64,000 nucleotides of DNA. Source: a bacterium (GTDB lineage: Bacteria > Patescibacteriota > Patescibacteriia > SBBB01). Under the pieces are notes generated by a model, which was not told the DNA's origin, ran no database searches, and saw only the letters and a program-made list of their open reading frames with translations. The stretch covers positions 24,957-88,956 of the forward strand of contig SBBB01000011.1 in assembly GCA_005239895.1 (NCBI GenBank), read 5' to 3'. How positions within the stretch are numbered: position 1 is the first letter of the stretch; every line of letters begins with the position of its first letter. Below are positions 55,374-64,000 of the stretch, in pieces. The translations under genes were made by a program, and so were the position numbers.

Positions 55374-57032
55374 TTAATTATCTTTACTTAACCATAACCA
55401 GCCTAGTTTACCATGTCTCGCGGCTAATTTCAAAAATACCTTGGTTGTTAAAACCGCTGAAAACATACTAATAACAATACCAATGGCTAGGGTTAAAGCA
55501 AAGCCCTGAACTATACTATTTCCAAACCAAAACAAAATACCAGCGGTAATTAAACTGCAAATATTCGCGTCTCTAATAGATAACCACGCTCTACCAAAAC
55601 TATCTTCAACCGCTATACCCAAATGTTTATTATTTTGCAATTCTTCTTTTAATCGCTCAAAAATTAAAATATTAGCATCTACAGCCATGCCCATAGACAG
55701 AATAAAGCCTGTAATTCCAGCTAGGGTTAAAGTAATTCCAAAAATTTTCAAAACTGCAAAAGTAATAATTCCATAAATTAATAAACTAGCCACAGCCACA
55801 GCACCGGGCAAACGATAATACAATAACATAAATAAAGCCACTAATAATAAACCAATCACGCCGGCGTTTAAACTTTTTTCTAAAGATTCCATGCCCAACG
55901 AAGATCCAATTGTATTTTGACTCACTAATTTAATTGGAACTGGCAAGGCTCCGGCATTTAATCTCTGGGCTAATAATTTAGCGCTTTCCAAATCAAACTC
56001 TCCAGATATAACCGCCTTACCATCACTAATCGCGCTTTTTACAGTTGGCGCGCTAATTATACTACCGTCTAAAACAATGGCTACGGGTTTTTCCAAATTA
56101 CGAGCTGTAATTTCTCCAAACAATTTCTTTCCCTCTTCGTTAAATTCCAAACTTACTTCCGGATATAAATTGCTTGAGCCGGAATTAAACTGAACCGATG
56201 ATTTTTTTAAATGTTGACCGTTTAATTGAGTTTTGACCCACTGTCGAGCTGGTTGTTCACCGGTTTTATATATTAAATGAAAACCAAACTCAGTTTCCAC
56301 TGGACCCACAATGCTAGAAATGCTTTGAGCCGCAACTGCGTCTGAAAACGATTTTACCATTTGATCGCCTGTAAACCAGCCTAAATCTCCACCACTTTTA
56401 TCAGCCTTGGGTTCCGTGGAATGCTCTTTAACCAACGCCACAAAATTGTCTTTAGTGGCTTTCAATTTTAATTCATTAATTTTTTTACTTGCTTCTTCTT
56501 TGGTAAAATCTTTCTCACAGCGCACAGCTCCTTTATAACAAATTAATAAATGATTGGCTTTAAATTCTTTGCCACTCTCAATGGTTTCTTGAAACTCTAA
56601 AAACGGAGTATCTCCAATTTGTTTAATAGCCGATTGCACATCTTTAAGTCCTGCCAAAGCAACCAAAACGCGCCATTTATCAGCTGATTTAACAGTTTGC
56701 ACTAAAGGCTCTTGAACTCCAAATAAATTCACGCGCCTTTCAATCACATCTCTAATACCGTCTAGAGCGCTGGCTCTATCAGCAGGACTAATATTTTTTA
56801 CATCAGCCTCATAAATCAATTCTACGCCACCTACCAAATCTAGACCTAATTTAAAAGGCATCAATATAAATGGTGTAGTTTTGGGCTGTAAATCTAAAAG
56901 AAATGTTTTTTCTAAATAATTGATAGATTTATAATAAAAAGCTGGATAATCTATAAAACCAGCTGCTAAAGTTAATAATAAAATTAAAGCAAAACTAATA
57001 CGTAATTTTGCTATGGATGTTAATTTAAGCAT
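55374..57032 (-). CDS. secD: Protein translocase subunit SecD with inserted parvulin PPIase domain
   Basis: LGLDLVGG, RRVNLFGV.EP, AIVLDG, GALPVP, GMAVDANILIFER; insert HLLI...GGDLGWF...MV..F...VETEFGFHLI. Confidence 0.95.
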   Translation of the reverse strand: MLKLTSIAKLRISFALILLLTLAAGFIDYPAFYYKSINYLEKTFLLDLQPKTTPFILMPFKLGLDLVGGVELIYEADVKNISPADRASALDGIRDVIERRVNLFGVQEPLVQTVKSADKWRVLVALAGLKDVQSAIKQIGDTPFLEFQETIESGKEFKANHLLICYKGAVRCEKDFTKEEASKKINELKLKATKDNFVALVKEHSTEPKADKSGGDLGWFTGDQMVKSFSDAVAAQSISSIVGPVETEFGFHLIYKTGEQPARQWVKTQLNGQHLKKSSVQFNSGSSNLYPEVSLEFNEEGKKLFGEITARNLEKPVAIVLDGSIISAPTVKSAISDGKAVISGEFDLESAKLLAQRLNAGALPVPIKLVSQNTIGSSLGMESLEKSLNAGVIGLLLVALFMLLYYRLPGAVAVASLLIYGIITFAVLKIFGITLTLAGITGFILSMGMAVDANILIFERLKEELQNNKHLGIAVEDSFGRAWLSIRDANICSLITAGILFWFGNSIVQGFALTLAIGIVISMFSAVLTTKVFLKLAARHGKLGWLWLSKDN

Positions 57033-57267
57033 ATTTTAATAATTGTAATATAGTACCAAACCGGGTTTTAAAAAGCAAGCATACCGGGTAAAAGTAGAAA
57101 GTTATGTAGAAAGTTATAAAGTTTATCAAGTTATCAAGCAGAATCTGGATGCCATTATAATTCACTGCAATCGCAAAATTAATTGACAATATAAATATAC
57201 AAGAACAATATAAAACTTGATATAAAAAAATATTGAAGTGTTGAAATTTACAAGACAACTTATTTAT

Positions 57268-57567
57268 CTAGTTTCGATCTAATTTTGCGCGCTGAAACTT
57301 TAAACGATCGAGCTGTACCAGCAATTTTATTTTTTCTTCTTTAAGTTTTTCTACTTCGGAGCGTACAACTGCTTGTCTTTCGTGTGTAAATTCACCAATG
57401 TCAAGTCTTTTTTGCCAATCAGCCCAAACCTGCTGAATCTCGGCATCTATTTTTTCAACCTGTGTATCCAAAACAGAAATGTCTCGATCTAAAATAAGAC
57501 GATCTGTTGAAATAACCGGCTCTGGTTCTGTTATTCCGACCTCTGATCTTTCTGATCCTTCTCTCAT
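57268..57567 (-). CDS. Hypothetical coiled-coil protein
   Basis: 99-aa charged helical ORF. Confidence 0.65.
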   Translation of the reverse strand: MREGSERSEVGITEPEPVISTDRLILDRDISVLDTQVEKIDAEIQQVWADWQKRLDIGEFTHERQAVVRSEVEKLKEEKIKLLVQLDRLKFQRAKLDRN

Positions 57568-57699
57568 AATTTTAATTACCTGCTAATTAATACAGGTAGT
57601 ATTAGTAATATAAGTTAATATAACATATACTATAACATTTTACTCTTTTTGCCTAGAGATACTATAAATAATTAAAATTACTATACTGACAAAAAACCT

Positions 57700-57722
57700 A
57701 CTTAGTGGCAAGGCGACTAAGT
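57700..57722. repeat. Palindrome family E copy 2
   Basis: acttagtggcaaggcgactaagt. Confidence 0.8.
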
Positions 57723-57790
57723 TTACTAATACGGTTGTTTATTATATAAAATATGCTATAATTAATAAACTAATATTTAAGTTTTAATAT

Positions 57791-59125
57791 ATGAATATTT
57801 TTACGTCTTCGTTAGTTTTATTTGTAACCCTGTCTCTGGCTTTACCAAGTGCAGCGTTTTCTGCGGAAGTTGCTGCAACCACTACAAAACCAGTTATAAA
57901 AAAAGGATTTTGCGTTGATATTTTAAAGCAACAAACAGTAATAAATAAAGAAATAAAAGATCAACAATCTAATGAAACGAACAAAATCAAAAAAACAAAT
58001 AATTTTTTCAAACAACAAACTAGGAACCAAAAAAATATTCTAAACACGCTAAAAACTGATACAAATAAATTATTTGCAAGACTAGAATCTCGGGCTAGCA
58101 CTGAAGTCCATAAAAACGCCTTAAAGCAAAGCAAAGATAATACTATAAAAATGATTGAGGAAAGGATAGTATCTGTTACGACCAGCGCTAAAGAACTTGA
58201 AGATACAGTGCAAAAGTTACTTGATGATCGAAAACCAGTGTTTGATAATGCTTTGAATAATTATAAAACAAATTTACAAAACAATGCTAAAACAGCTGAA
58301 ACCCAGTGTGCCAATAAAGCTGATGAAGCAAAAACCAAAACAGATTTCACGGCTGTAAACAAAAAATACAAAACAAGTTTCACTTCAGATATGACTACTT
58401 TGGGGAATCTGGATAATTTAATTAAAATAACTGAAAAAACACATAAAATAAAAACAACTGATCAAATTCAAGAATACAAAAATGCTGTTGAAAACTATAA
58501 AATCAATCCCTCAAATCCAACCCTGTCATCCGACGGGGCACGCACCACACCAACACCAACACCAACGCCAATCCCGACACCTACTCCTACTCCGGTTTCC
58601 ACCCCTACTCCAACCCCAACCCCAGTTCCTACTCCTACACCCACACCAACTCCTACACCAGTGCCAACCACCACGCCCACACCAACTCCGACGTCCACAC
58701 CCGTTCCAACCCCCACACCCACGCCTATACCAACGCCAATAACTCAACCAGAAATAGATCTTGAGCTACAATCCGTTTCTGTATCACCTGAGGGTAGCGC
58801 ATATTACATCAGCTTATATTTATGTGTTAAGGGTTCCAAAAGCATAAATGATATTAAAGCAACTAACACAAATATAACTGCCTTACCAATAGATTATCTT
58901 ACTTATACTACAGACAGCGTGCCCCACAAAACAAAGTTGTCGGGCGTTTCTTATCTTGATACCCTAAAAAGTGGAGGCTGTAGTAATATGGGAACCATGA
59001 TGTATAATAGTGATGCTATAACGCGTTTCAAGAATACCAAAAAAATAACAGTTACACTCGATGAAGCAAATCAAATCCCAGAAACTAATGAAAATAATAA
59101 TAGTAAAACCTTTATAGGTAATTAA
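57791..59125 (+). CDS. Secreted protein: signal peptide, helical domain, PT-repeat linker, CARDB-like Ig domain
   Basis: SAAFSA cleavage-like site, ~65-aa (PT)n tract, C-terminal [15 protein letters not shown]. Confidence 0.85.
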   Translation: MNIFTSSLVLFVTLSLALPSAAFSAEVAATTTKPVIKKGFCVDILKQQTVINKEIKDQQSNETNKIKKTNNFFKQQTRNQKNILNTLKTDTNKLFARLESRASTEVHKNALKQSKDNTIKMIEERIVSVTTSAKELEDTVQKLLDDRKPVFDNALNNYKTNLQNNAKTAETQCANKADEAKTKTDFTAVNKKYKTSFTSDMTTLGNLDNLIKITEKTHKIKTTDQIQEYKNAVENYKINPSNPTLSSDGARTTPTPTPTPIPTPTPTPVSTPTPTPTPVPTPTPTPTPTPVPTTTPTPTPTSTPVPTPTPTPIPTPITQPEIDLELQSVSVSPEGSAYYISLYLCVKGSKSINDIKATNTNITALPIDYLTYTTDSVPHKTKLSGVSYLDTLKSGGCSNMGTMMYNSDAITRFKNTKKITVTLDEANQIPETNENNNSKTFIGN

Positions 59126-59140
59126 AATATTATATTTTGG

Positions 59141-60397
59141 TTATTCTTGACGCTTAATAACTGCTCCTAGTTTGTTAAGCCTATTGGCTATATCTTCATA
59201 ACCTCTTTCAATTTGATAAATATTATCAATAGTTGTTTTGCCGCGTGCAACTAAACCAGCTAATACCAAAGCCATGCCAGCGCGAGCATCCGGGCTGATA
59301 ATTTCACGTCCATACAATTTTGTAGGACCATTAATTACAACTCTGTGTGGATCACACATAATAATTTTGGCATTCATGGAACTAAGAATATCCGCATAAA
59401 ACAATCTACCATCAAAAATAGTTTCATGAATTAAACTTAATCCTGTGGCTTGGGTCATTAGTACTGCGTAAGGAGCTTGTAAGTCCGTAGGAAAACCAGG
59501 ATATTGTTGGGTGGTAACATTAACAGCTTGTAAATTTTTAGCTTTTAAAACTTGAATATAATTTTTACCAATTTTAAAATTAGCGCCAACCTGCTGTAAA
59601 ATCGTTAATACTACATCTATATGCTCAGGGATAATATTCTTAACCAATAAAGAGCTGCTATTTAACACTCCAGCTATAACCAATGTTCCGGCTTCAATTC
59701 GGTCCGGCATTATAACTGCACTACTGGCGTTTATTTCTTTCACACCATCAATGGTAATGGTATGCGTGCCCTGCCCTTTTATTTTTGCTCCCTGTTGATT
59801 AAGATAATCTGCTAAAAAAGCTATTTCGGGTTCCATCGCAGCGTTTTTAATAATGGTTACACCTGGAATTAAAACCGCGGTCATCATAATAGTTTCCGTT
59901 ACCGTAACACTAGCTTGAGGTAAAACTATTTTAGCCCCTTTTAATTTACAACCAGTCACAAAATAATATTTTTCATTTTTAGTAACTTTGCAACCTAAGG
60001 CCTTAAAACTTTCTATAAAAAGATTAATGGGGCGCTGACCAATGCGACAACCACCAGGAAGAGGTATTTTAACTTCTCCAAAACGAGCTAACAAAGGACC
60101 GCTTAAAATTACAGACGCTCTAAACTTCCCTGAAATTTCTGAATTCAAAATAGTTTTATTTACAGAACTAGTATCAATTGTATATTCGTTTTTATTAATA
60201 CGCTGGATTTTACCACCCAAATCTACAATCAACTCAATCATGCGACGAATATCTTCAATATCAGGAACATTTTTTAAATGCATTATTTTTTTAGAAAGTA
60301 CAGCTGCTGCTAGAAATTTTAAAGCGGCATTTTTAGCTCCACCAATACTTACCTCCCCTTTTAATTCATGTTCTCCTTCAATAATAAATTTAAGCAT
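59141..60397 (-). CDS. murA: UDP-N-acetylglucosamine 1-carboxyvinyltransferase
   Basis: GAKNAAL, LPGGCRIGQRP, PDRIEAGT, PGFPTDLQA, IERGYE. Confidence 0.97.
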   Translation of the reverse strand: MLKFIIEGEHELKGEVSIGGAKNAALKFLAAAVLSKKIMHLKNVPDIEDIRRMIELIVDLGGKIQRINKNEYTIDTSSVNKTILNSEISGKFRASVILSGPLLARFGEVKIPLPGGCRIGQRPINLFIESFKALGCKVTKNEKYYFVTGCKLKGAKIVLPQASVTVTETIMMTAVLIPGVTIIKNAAMEPEIAFLADYLNQQGAKIKGQGTHTITIDGVKEINASSAVIMPDRIEAGTLVIAGVLNSSSLLVKNIIPEHIDVVLTILQQVGANFKIGKNYIQVLKAKNLQAVNVTTQQYPGFPTDLQAPYAVLMTQATGLSLIHETIFDGRLFYADILSSMNAKIIMCDPHRVVINGPTKLYGREIISPDARAGMALVLAGLVARGKTTIDNIYQIERGYEDIANRLNKLGAVIKRQE

Positions 60398-60468
60398 AAT
60401 TTGAAAAATTTAGTTACACATTACCCAATATATTACGGAATTTAATTAATTCTGTCTAGGATAGCAAT

Positions 60469-60510
60469 ACTTGGAAGTCGGACTTCCACTTGGAAGTCCG
60501 ACTTCCAAGT
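60469..60510. repeat. Palindrome family D (AGTCCGACT core) copy 2
   Basis: acttggaagtcggacttcca-ct-tggaagtccgacttccaagt (perfect 20-bp arms). Confidence 0.8.
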
Positions 60511-60521
60511 CAACCACATTT

Positions 60522-60570
60522 AAAACAAAAGCCAGTAAAGTACTTTTGTTGTTTAAAAGTAATACTGGCT
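60522..60570 (-). terminator. Rho-independent terminator of the putative ncRNA
   Basis: agccagta...tactttt/aaaagta...tactggct hairpin followed by TTTGTTTT on minus strand. Confidence 0.7.
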
Positions 60571-60574
60571 CATA

Positions 60575-61232
60575 AATAATGAATTGGTGGGGGCGGTGGT
60601 TTACTGTTCTTGCAAGCGTTGTTGACAACGATCGTCACGACAGCGCTAAACCGCCCCCATGTGCGAGAAGACATAACCTTTGCTCGCACCACAATGTAAT
60701 AATGAAATGGGGTGGATGGGTTTTGCTTTGTTATCAAGCGTGTGTTGGTGACGTGTTTTGGGGAACCACGGCAACACTAAACCCATCCTGCACGACTCAG
60801 TCAAATGTAAAACAGGTGTTCGCTCGCCACTAATAGCCTCACTTGACTGATTTTTCGTACCCCCAAAATAATCGGGACGGGGTGGTTTTGGGCCAGGTTT
60901 GTTACTGATGACTAGCACCAGAAACACGGACCTGAAACCACCCCTGTGCAATGCAATCCACGCGCAGCCTTCTACACGGATCAACCCGATGCCTATGACT
61001 GGGTTGTATGGCCACGCTTGCAATAATCGCGCATTGCACCCCTTCGATAAAGAAGCGATCTCTCCCAACCGCTTAGGGCACTCTAGAGAGAATGCTGTTT
61101 TTTTTGCGAAAATCACTCAAAACGCAAAAAAACAAGAGATCACCTTAACACAACGAAGCTTTTTTCTTTCTATTTCCACTACTAACGCCACGTTGTGTTC
61201 TCTATCGTAAAAATCTCATCCTAAAAACATGA
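60575..61232 (-). ncRNA. Putative large structured non-coding RNA with three tandem modules (unknown family)
   Basis: GC-rich island of about nine consecutive stems, G-U pairs favour the minus strand, own promoter and terminator, no credible ORF. Confidence 0.7.
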
Positions 61233-61238
61233 TAATAC

Positions 61239-61267
61239 ATCATAACATATAGAATATTTTTTGTCAA
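61239..61267 (-). promoter_or_regulatory. sigma70 promoter of the putative ncRNA
   Basis: TTGACA-17 nt-TATGAT with extended -10 TG. Confidence 0.75.
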
Positions 61268-61277
61268 CCCCCACAAT

Positions 61278-61306
61278 TTGTTCCCAAACCTAATCAGTGT
61301 TATAAT
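61278..61306 (+). promoter_or_regulatory. Divergent promoter for the exonuclease (probably leaderless mRNA)
   Basis: TTGTTC-17 nt-TATAAT with TG, 8 nt before the ATG at 61315. Confidence 0.55.
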
Positions 61307-61314
61307 AATAATAT

Positions 61315-62040
61315 ATGAAACTAGTATTTGACATTGAAACCGTTGGCGATGATTATGATTCTCTTGATCATGCCACCCAAGAAAATCTTATAAAATGGAT
61401 TAAAAAAGAAGCTGCTAATGAAGAGGATTATAATGAATTACTGGAAGAACTAAAAAATAATCTAGGATTCTCGCCTTTAACCGGAAGAATCGTAGTGATT
61501 GGTATTTTAGATGTCATCCAAAATACCGGAGTCATATACTACGACACCGACAATCCAGCCAACCCGCCACCTGATATTACGGAAGATAATTTTAAATTCA
61601 AGTGTGTTTCGGAAAAAGAAATGTTAGAAAAATTTTGGAAAGGCGCAGCTCAATACCAAGAATATATAAGTTTTAACGGCAGAGCTTTTGATGTTCCTTT
61701 TATTATGATCAGATCTGCGATTCACCACATTAAACCCACTGTGGATTTAATGGCGTATCGTTTTATAACCCTACCTAAAGTTAGTTCTAAAAATATTGTA
61801 CACATTGACCTCCTAGATCAATTATCATTTTACGGAGCTGTAAAAAGAAAACACAATCTACATTTATGGTGCCGCGGTTTTGGAATTAAAAGCCCTAAAG
61901 CCGATGGAATTACAGGAGACGACGTGTCTCGCCTTTTTAAAGAAAAAAAATTTATCGAAATCGCCAAATACAACACACACGATTTAATCGCGACTAAAGA
62001 ATTATACGAGTATTGGAATCAATACTTAAGAAATATTTAA
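61315..62040 (+). CDS. DEDDy 3'-5' exonuclease (PolB-exo-like, RNase H fold)
   Basis: VFDIET, SFNGRAFDVPF, HIDL, YNTHD. Confidence 0.9.
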   Translation: MKLVFDIETVGDDYDSLDHATQENLIKWIKKEAANEEDYNELLEELKNNLGFSPLTGRIVVIGILDVIQNTGVIYYDTDNPANPPPDITEDNFKFKCVSEKEMLEKFWKGAAQYQEYISFNGRAFDVPFIMIRSAIHHIKPTVDLMAYRFITLPKVSSKNIVHIDLLDQLSFYGAVKRKHNLHLWCRGFGIKSPKADGITGDDVSRLFKEKKFIEIAKYNTHDLIATKELYEYWNQYLRNI

Positions 62041-63236
62041 GGCTCTAATTTTAAATAAATGTGATCTGTAATGCCGGGCACATTCGTTACCCAAAACGGA
62101 GATAATTCAATTCTTACATTTTTTATTTCTTTAAAATTTTGTAGATACTTTGTAACCCAATCTGGACTTTTGTTAGCCAAATCTTCTTTGCGAATTAGTT
62201 CTATCACATTTTTGGATAAAATGTCCACATTAACTGTAACATCTAATTTTATTTCTTCTTTATTATCCATAGACAACACCCTGGTTACAACTGTACTTTT
62301 GTCTATACCCATATATTGCGTACTGGGATTATCTTTACTTATTCTAGTTTTTATAATTTCTTCCAGGTCTTTAAAATTAAAAGCAACATTATTAACTTGC
62401 GCCCCAATCTTTACTGTAAAATCCTTAGCTGGCATTCCAACTACAGGTTTTGCATCCACAGATTGTATTTCAACTAATCTTAGATCTTCAATAACAATAT
62501 CATCAGGATTTAATGTTTTTTTAAATTCCGCTGTGCCATTACTTAAGGCCTGTTTAACTAGAATATTTTCCGCTAATTTAATATCTTCTTTAGTAATTAT
62601 TTTAATGGTTTGTTCTATATTTTGACTAGTAGTATTACTGGTTATTTGGGCCTGAGATATTAATTCTCCGTAAATTTTAGATTGCAAACCTGTAAATAAC
62701 CCAGGGATGGTCAAACGTCCACTTGTCACTGAACTTTCCAGTAAGGGTTTATCGGAACGAACCGTAACTTCTATCTTACCATTGGCTGGAACAACCACCC
62801 CACTAACCAATCTAAATAATTTATCGTCTTTGGTTAAAAATCTAGTTTTAACTACTAAGGGTTGCGATTTGGGTGTTTTATTAAAAATAATAATATTTTT
62901 TTCTAGAACCCTAACGTCTTCTTTACCGCTGGGCATAAAAACACCCTCTTCATTCACAATTTTAGAAACAAAAGTACCAATTATTGTATTTTTATCACTA
63001 ACTATGCCGGCTGGTTTGGACATAACGGAAACCTTTAAACTAATAGGCACTTTCTGAACATTAGCAGTTATGAAAATTTCCGCCTTAGCCAAATAAAAAT
63101 ATAAAATTATAATGATTAATAAAGCAATGATTATAAAAAAAGTAACACTGATTTGTTTGTAAATATCAGTATCGCCAGAGGAACGATCACGCTGATTTCT
63201 TTTACTTCTTTCTAATTGTTGTTTTAAAGTTAACAT
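62037..63236 (-). CDS. Hypothetical single-TM protein (possibly baseplate-J-like fold)
   Basis: N-terminal TM; IFNKTPKSQPLVVKTRF...LFRL...VPANG...LTIPGL. Confidence 0.65.
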   Translation of the reverse strand: MLTLKQQLERSKRNQRDRSSGDTDIYKQISVTFFIIIALLIIIILYFYLAKAEIFITANVQKVPISLKVSVMSKPAGIVSDKNTIIGTFVSKIVNEEGVFMPSGKEDVRVLEKNIIIFNKTPKSQPLVVKTRFLTKDDKLFRLVSGVVVPANGKIEVTVRSDKPLLESSVTSGRLTIPGLFTGLQSKIYGELISQAQITSNTTSQNIEQTIKIITKEDIKLAENILVKQALSNGTAEFKKTLNPDDIVIEDLRLVEIQSVDAKPVVGMPAKDFTVKIGAQVNNVAFNFKDLEEIIKTRISKDNPSTQYMGIDKSTVVTRVLSMDNKEEIKLDVTVNVDILSKNVIELIRKEDLANKSPDWVTKYLQNFKEIKNVRIELSPFWVTNVPGITDHIYLKLEP

Positions 63237-63271
63237 ATAAAAAAAATTTAAAAATTTAAGATTTAAGCTAC

Positions 63272-63326
63272 AAGCTAAGAAGCTAAGAAGCTAAGAAGCT
63301 AAGAAGCTAAGAAGCTAAGAAGCTAA
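63272..63326. repeat. Octamer tandem repeat (AAGCTAAG)6 plus a partial unit
   Basis: Perfect repeat; contains the dnaE TAG stop. Confidence 0.9.
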
Positions 63327-64000
63327 CCCTGAGCACCTAAACGCACTAAGGCCTGGTTAACAGTTTCGTGACTAAGTTCGTAAGCTGAAATACAGGTTAA
63401 TTTTACTTCATCATCTTTATGAAATATTTCTGCCTTCATTATAACACAGTTATCTTTATTCCACAAACTAGTGTTAATATTTAAAATTTTAGGGAAAACC
63501 ACAACCTCAACTTCCGAAAATTTATCAGCTAATTTTGCAAAAAGCATTTGTTCATTTTTTTTAGTAATAATCTTTTTTACGGAACTTAATATACCCGCCA
63601 CAATAATTTGCGCGCCATCCACATAATTACTAATATCAATTAAACGTATAGTAGCATTTTTAATAATTTCATAAAAATCCATAAACGGGTGCGCTGAAAT
63701 ATATAAACCCAAAAACTCTTTTTCCCAAGCTAATTTTTCCTGTTTAGTAATTTGAACTTCGGGTTGAGATGTAAAACCTAAAACCGCATCATTCGAATTA
63801 TTTTTAGAATTATCACCACTTCCACTATTATCACTCGCACTACCTGAATGATCATTATCTAACCAATCAAATAAACTTTCTTGTTTACTTTCTTTATCTT
63901 TTAAATAATCTTTATGATATTGCAATAATTTATCCAAATTAGAAATCATCAAACCCCTGTCAGCCAAAGTATCTAAAGCGCCACTTTTAATTAAACCCTC
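63323..64000 (-). CDS. dnaE: DNA polymerase III alpha subunit, C-terminal part (truncated by window)
   Basis: Frame open to the window edge: EGLIKSGALD...WEKEFLGLYISAHP...KKIITKKNEQMLF OB-fold. Confidence 0.95.
   Translation of the reverse strand, partial: EGLIKSGALDTLADRGLMISNLDKLLQYHKDYLKDKESKQESLFDWLDNDHSGSASDNSGSGDNSKNNSNDAVLGFTSQPEVQITKQEKLAWEKEFLGLYISAHPFMDFYEIIKNATIRLIDISNYVDGAQIIVAGILSSVKKIITKKNEQMLFAKLADKFSEVEVVVFPKILNINTSLWNKDNCVIMKAEIFHKDDEVKLTCISAYELSHETVNQALVRLGAQG

Noticed and set aside
57025-57258. 77-aa ORF upstream of secD
   Set aside because: Runs through short tandem repeats and AT-rich intergenic DNA; non-ATG start
58482-58747. Alternative-frame ORFs (GV-, HQ- and WC-rich) and possible repeat array
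   Set aside because: Shadows of the (Pro-Thr)n linker of 57791-59125; third codon positions vary as expected for protein-level repeats
60584-60658. tmRNA or tRNA-Ala call for GGGGGCG...CGCCCCCACCA
   Set aside because: No TTCGA T-loop, G3-C70 rather than G3-U70, no cloverleaf or tag reading frame
60575-61040. CRISPR or TIGR array
   Set aside because: No identical direct repeats at regular spacing, units are 115-180 nt, and no cas or Nop-domain gene in the window
60646-61116. 156-aa ORF (and overlapping 60-103-aa ORFs) in the GC-rich island
   Set aside because: Non-ATG start, atypical composition, no motifs, several overlapping frames; better explained by stop-codon scarcity in a GC-rich structured RNA
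62037-63236. Prophage or tailocin from the possible baseplate-J-like protein
   Set aside because: Single membrane-anchored gene in a housekeeping context with no other phage genes

Overview
AT-rich bacterial chromosomal segment, very likely from a Candidate Phyla Radiation / Patescibacteria genome. This is inferred from ribosomal proteins with long terminal extensions, RpoA without an alpha-CTD, a short ValS, mostly SD-less housekeeping genes, a giant pilin-like protein and palindrome/heptamer-filled spacers. TGA serves as a stop codon, so this is code 11. Most genes are on the minus strand: the str and S10 operons (rpsL-rpsG-fusA-tuf-rpsJ-rplC-D-W-B-rpsS-rplV), grpE-dnaK-dnaJ-atpD-atpC-ferredoxin, pepA, valS, gyrB, the alpha cluster (infA-rpmJ-rpsM-K-D-rpoA-rplQ-rplM-rpsI), glycosyltransferases, rodA, secDF, tRNA-Asp, murA and the 3' end of dnaE. 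The strongest unexplained signal is a ~700-nt GC-rich transcription unit at 60.5-61.25 kb (minus strand) with its own sigma70 promoter and terminator and no credible ORF. It is built from three tandem, diverged two-hairpin modules and lies head-to-head with a DEDD exonuclease gene. Other notable items: two tandem paralogous ORFs joinable by a +1 shift at a T7 run, SecD with an inserted parvulin domain, RpoA ending in an AT-hook, a pilin carrying a Cys-paired beta-propeller, and several dispersed palindromic repeat families.
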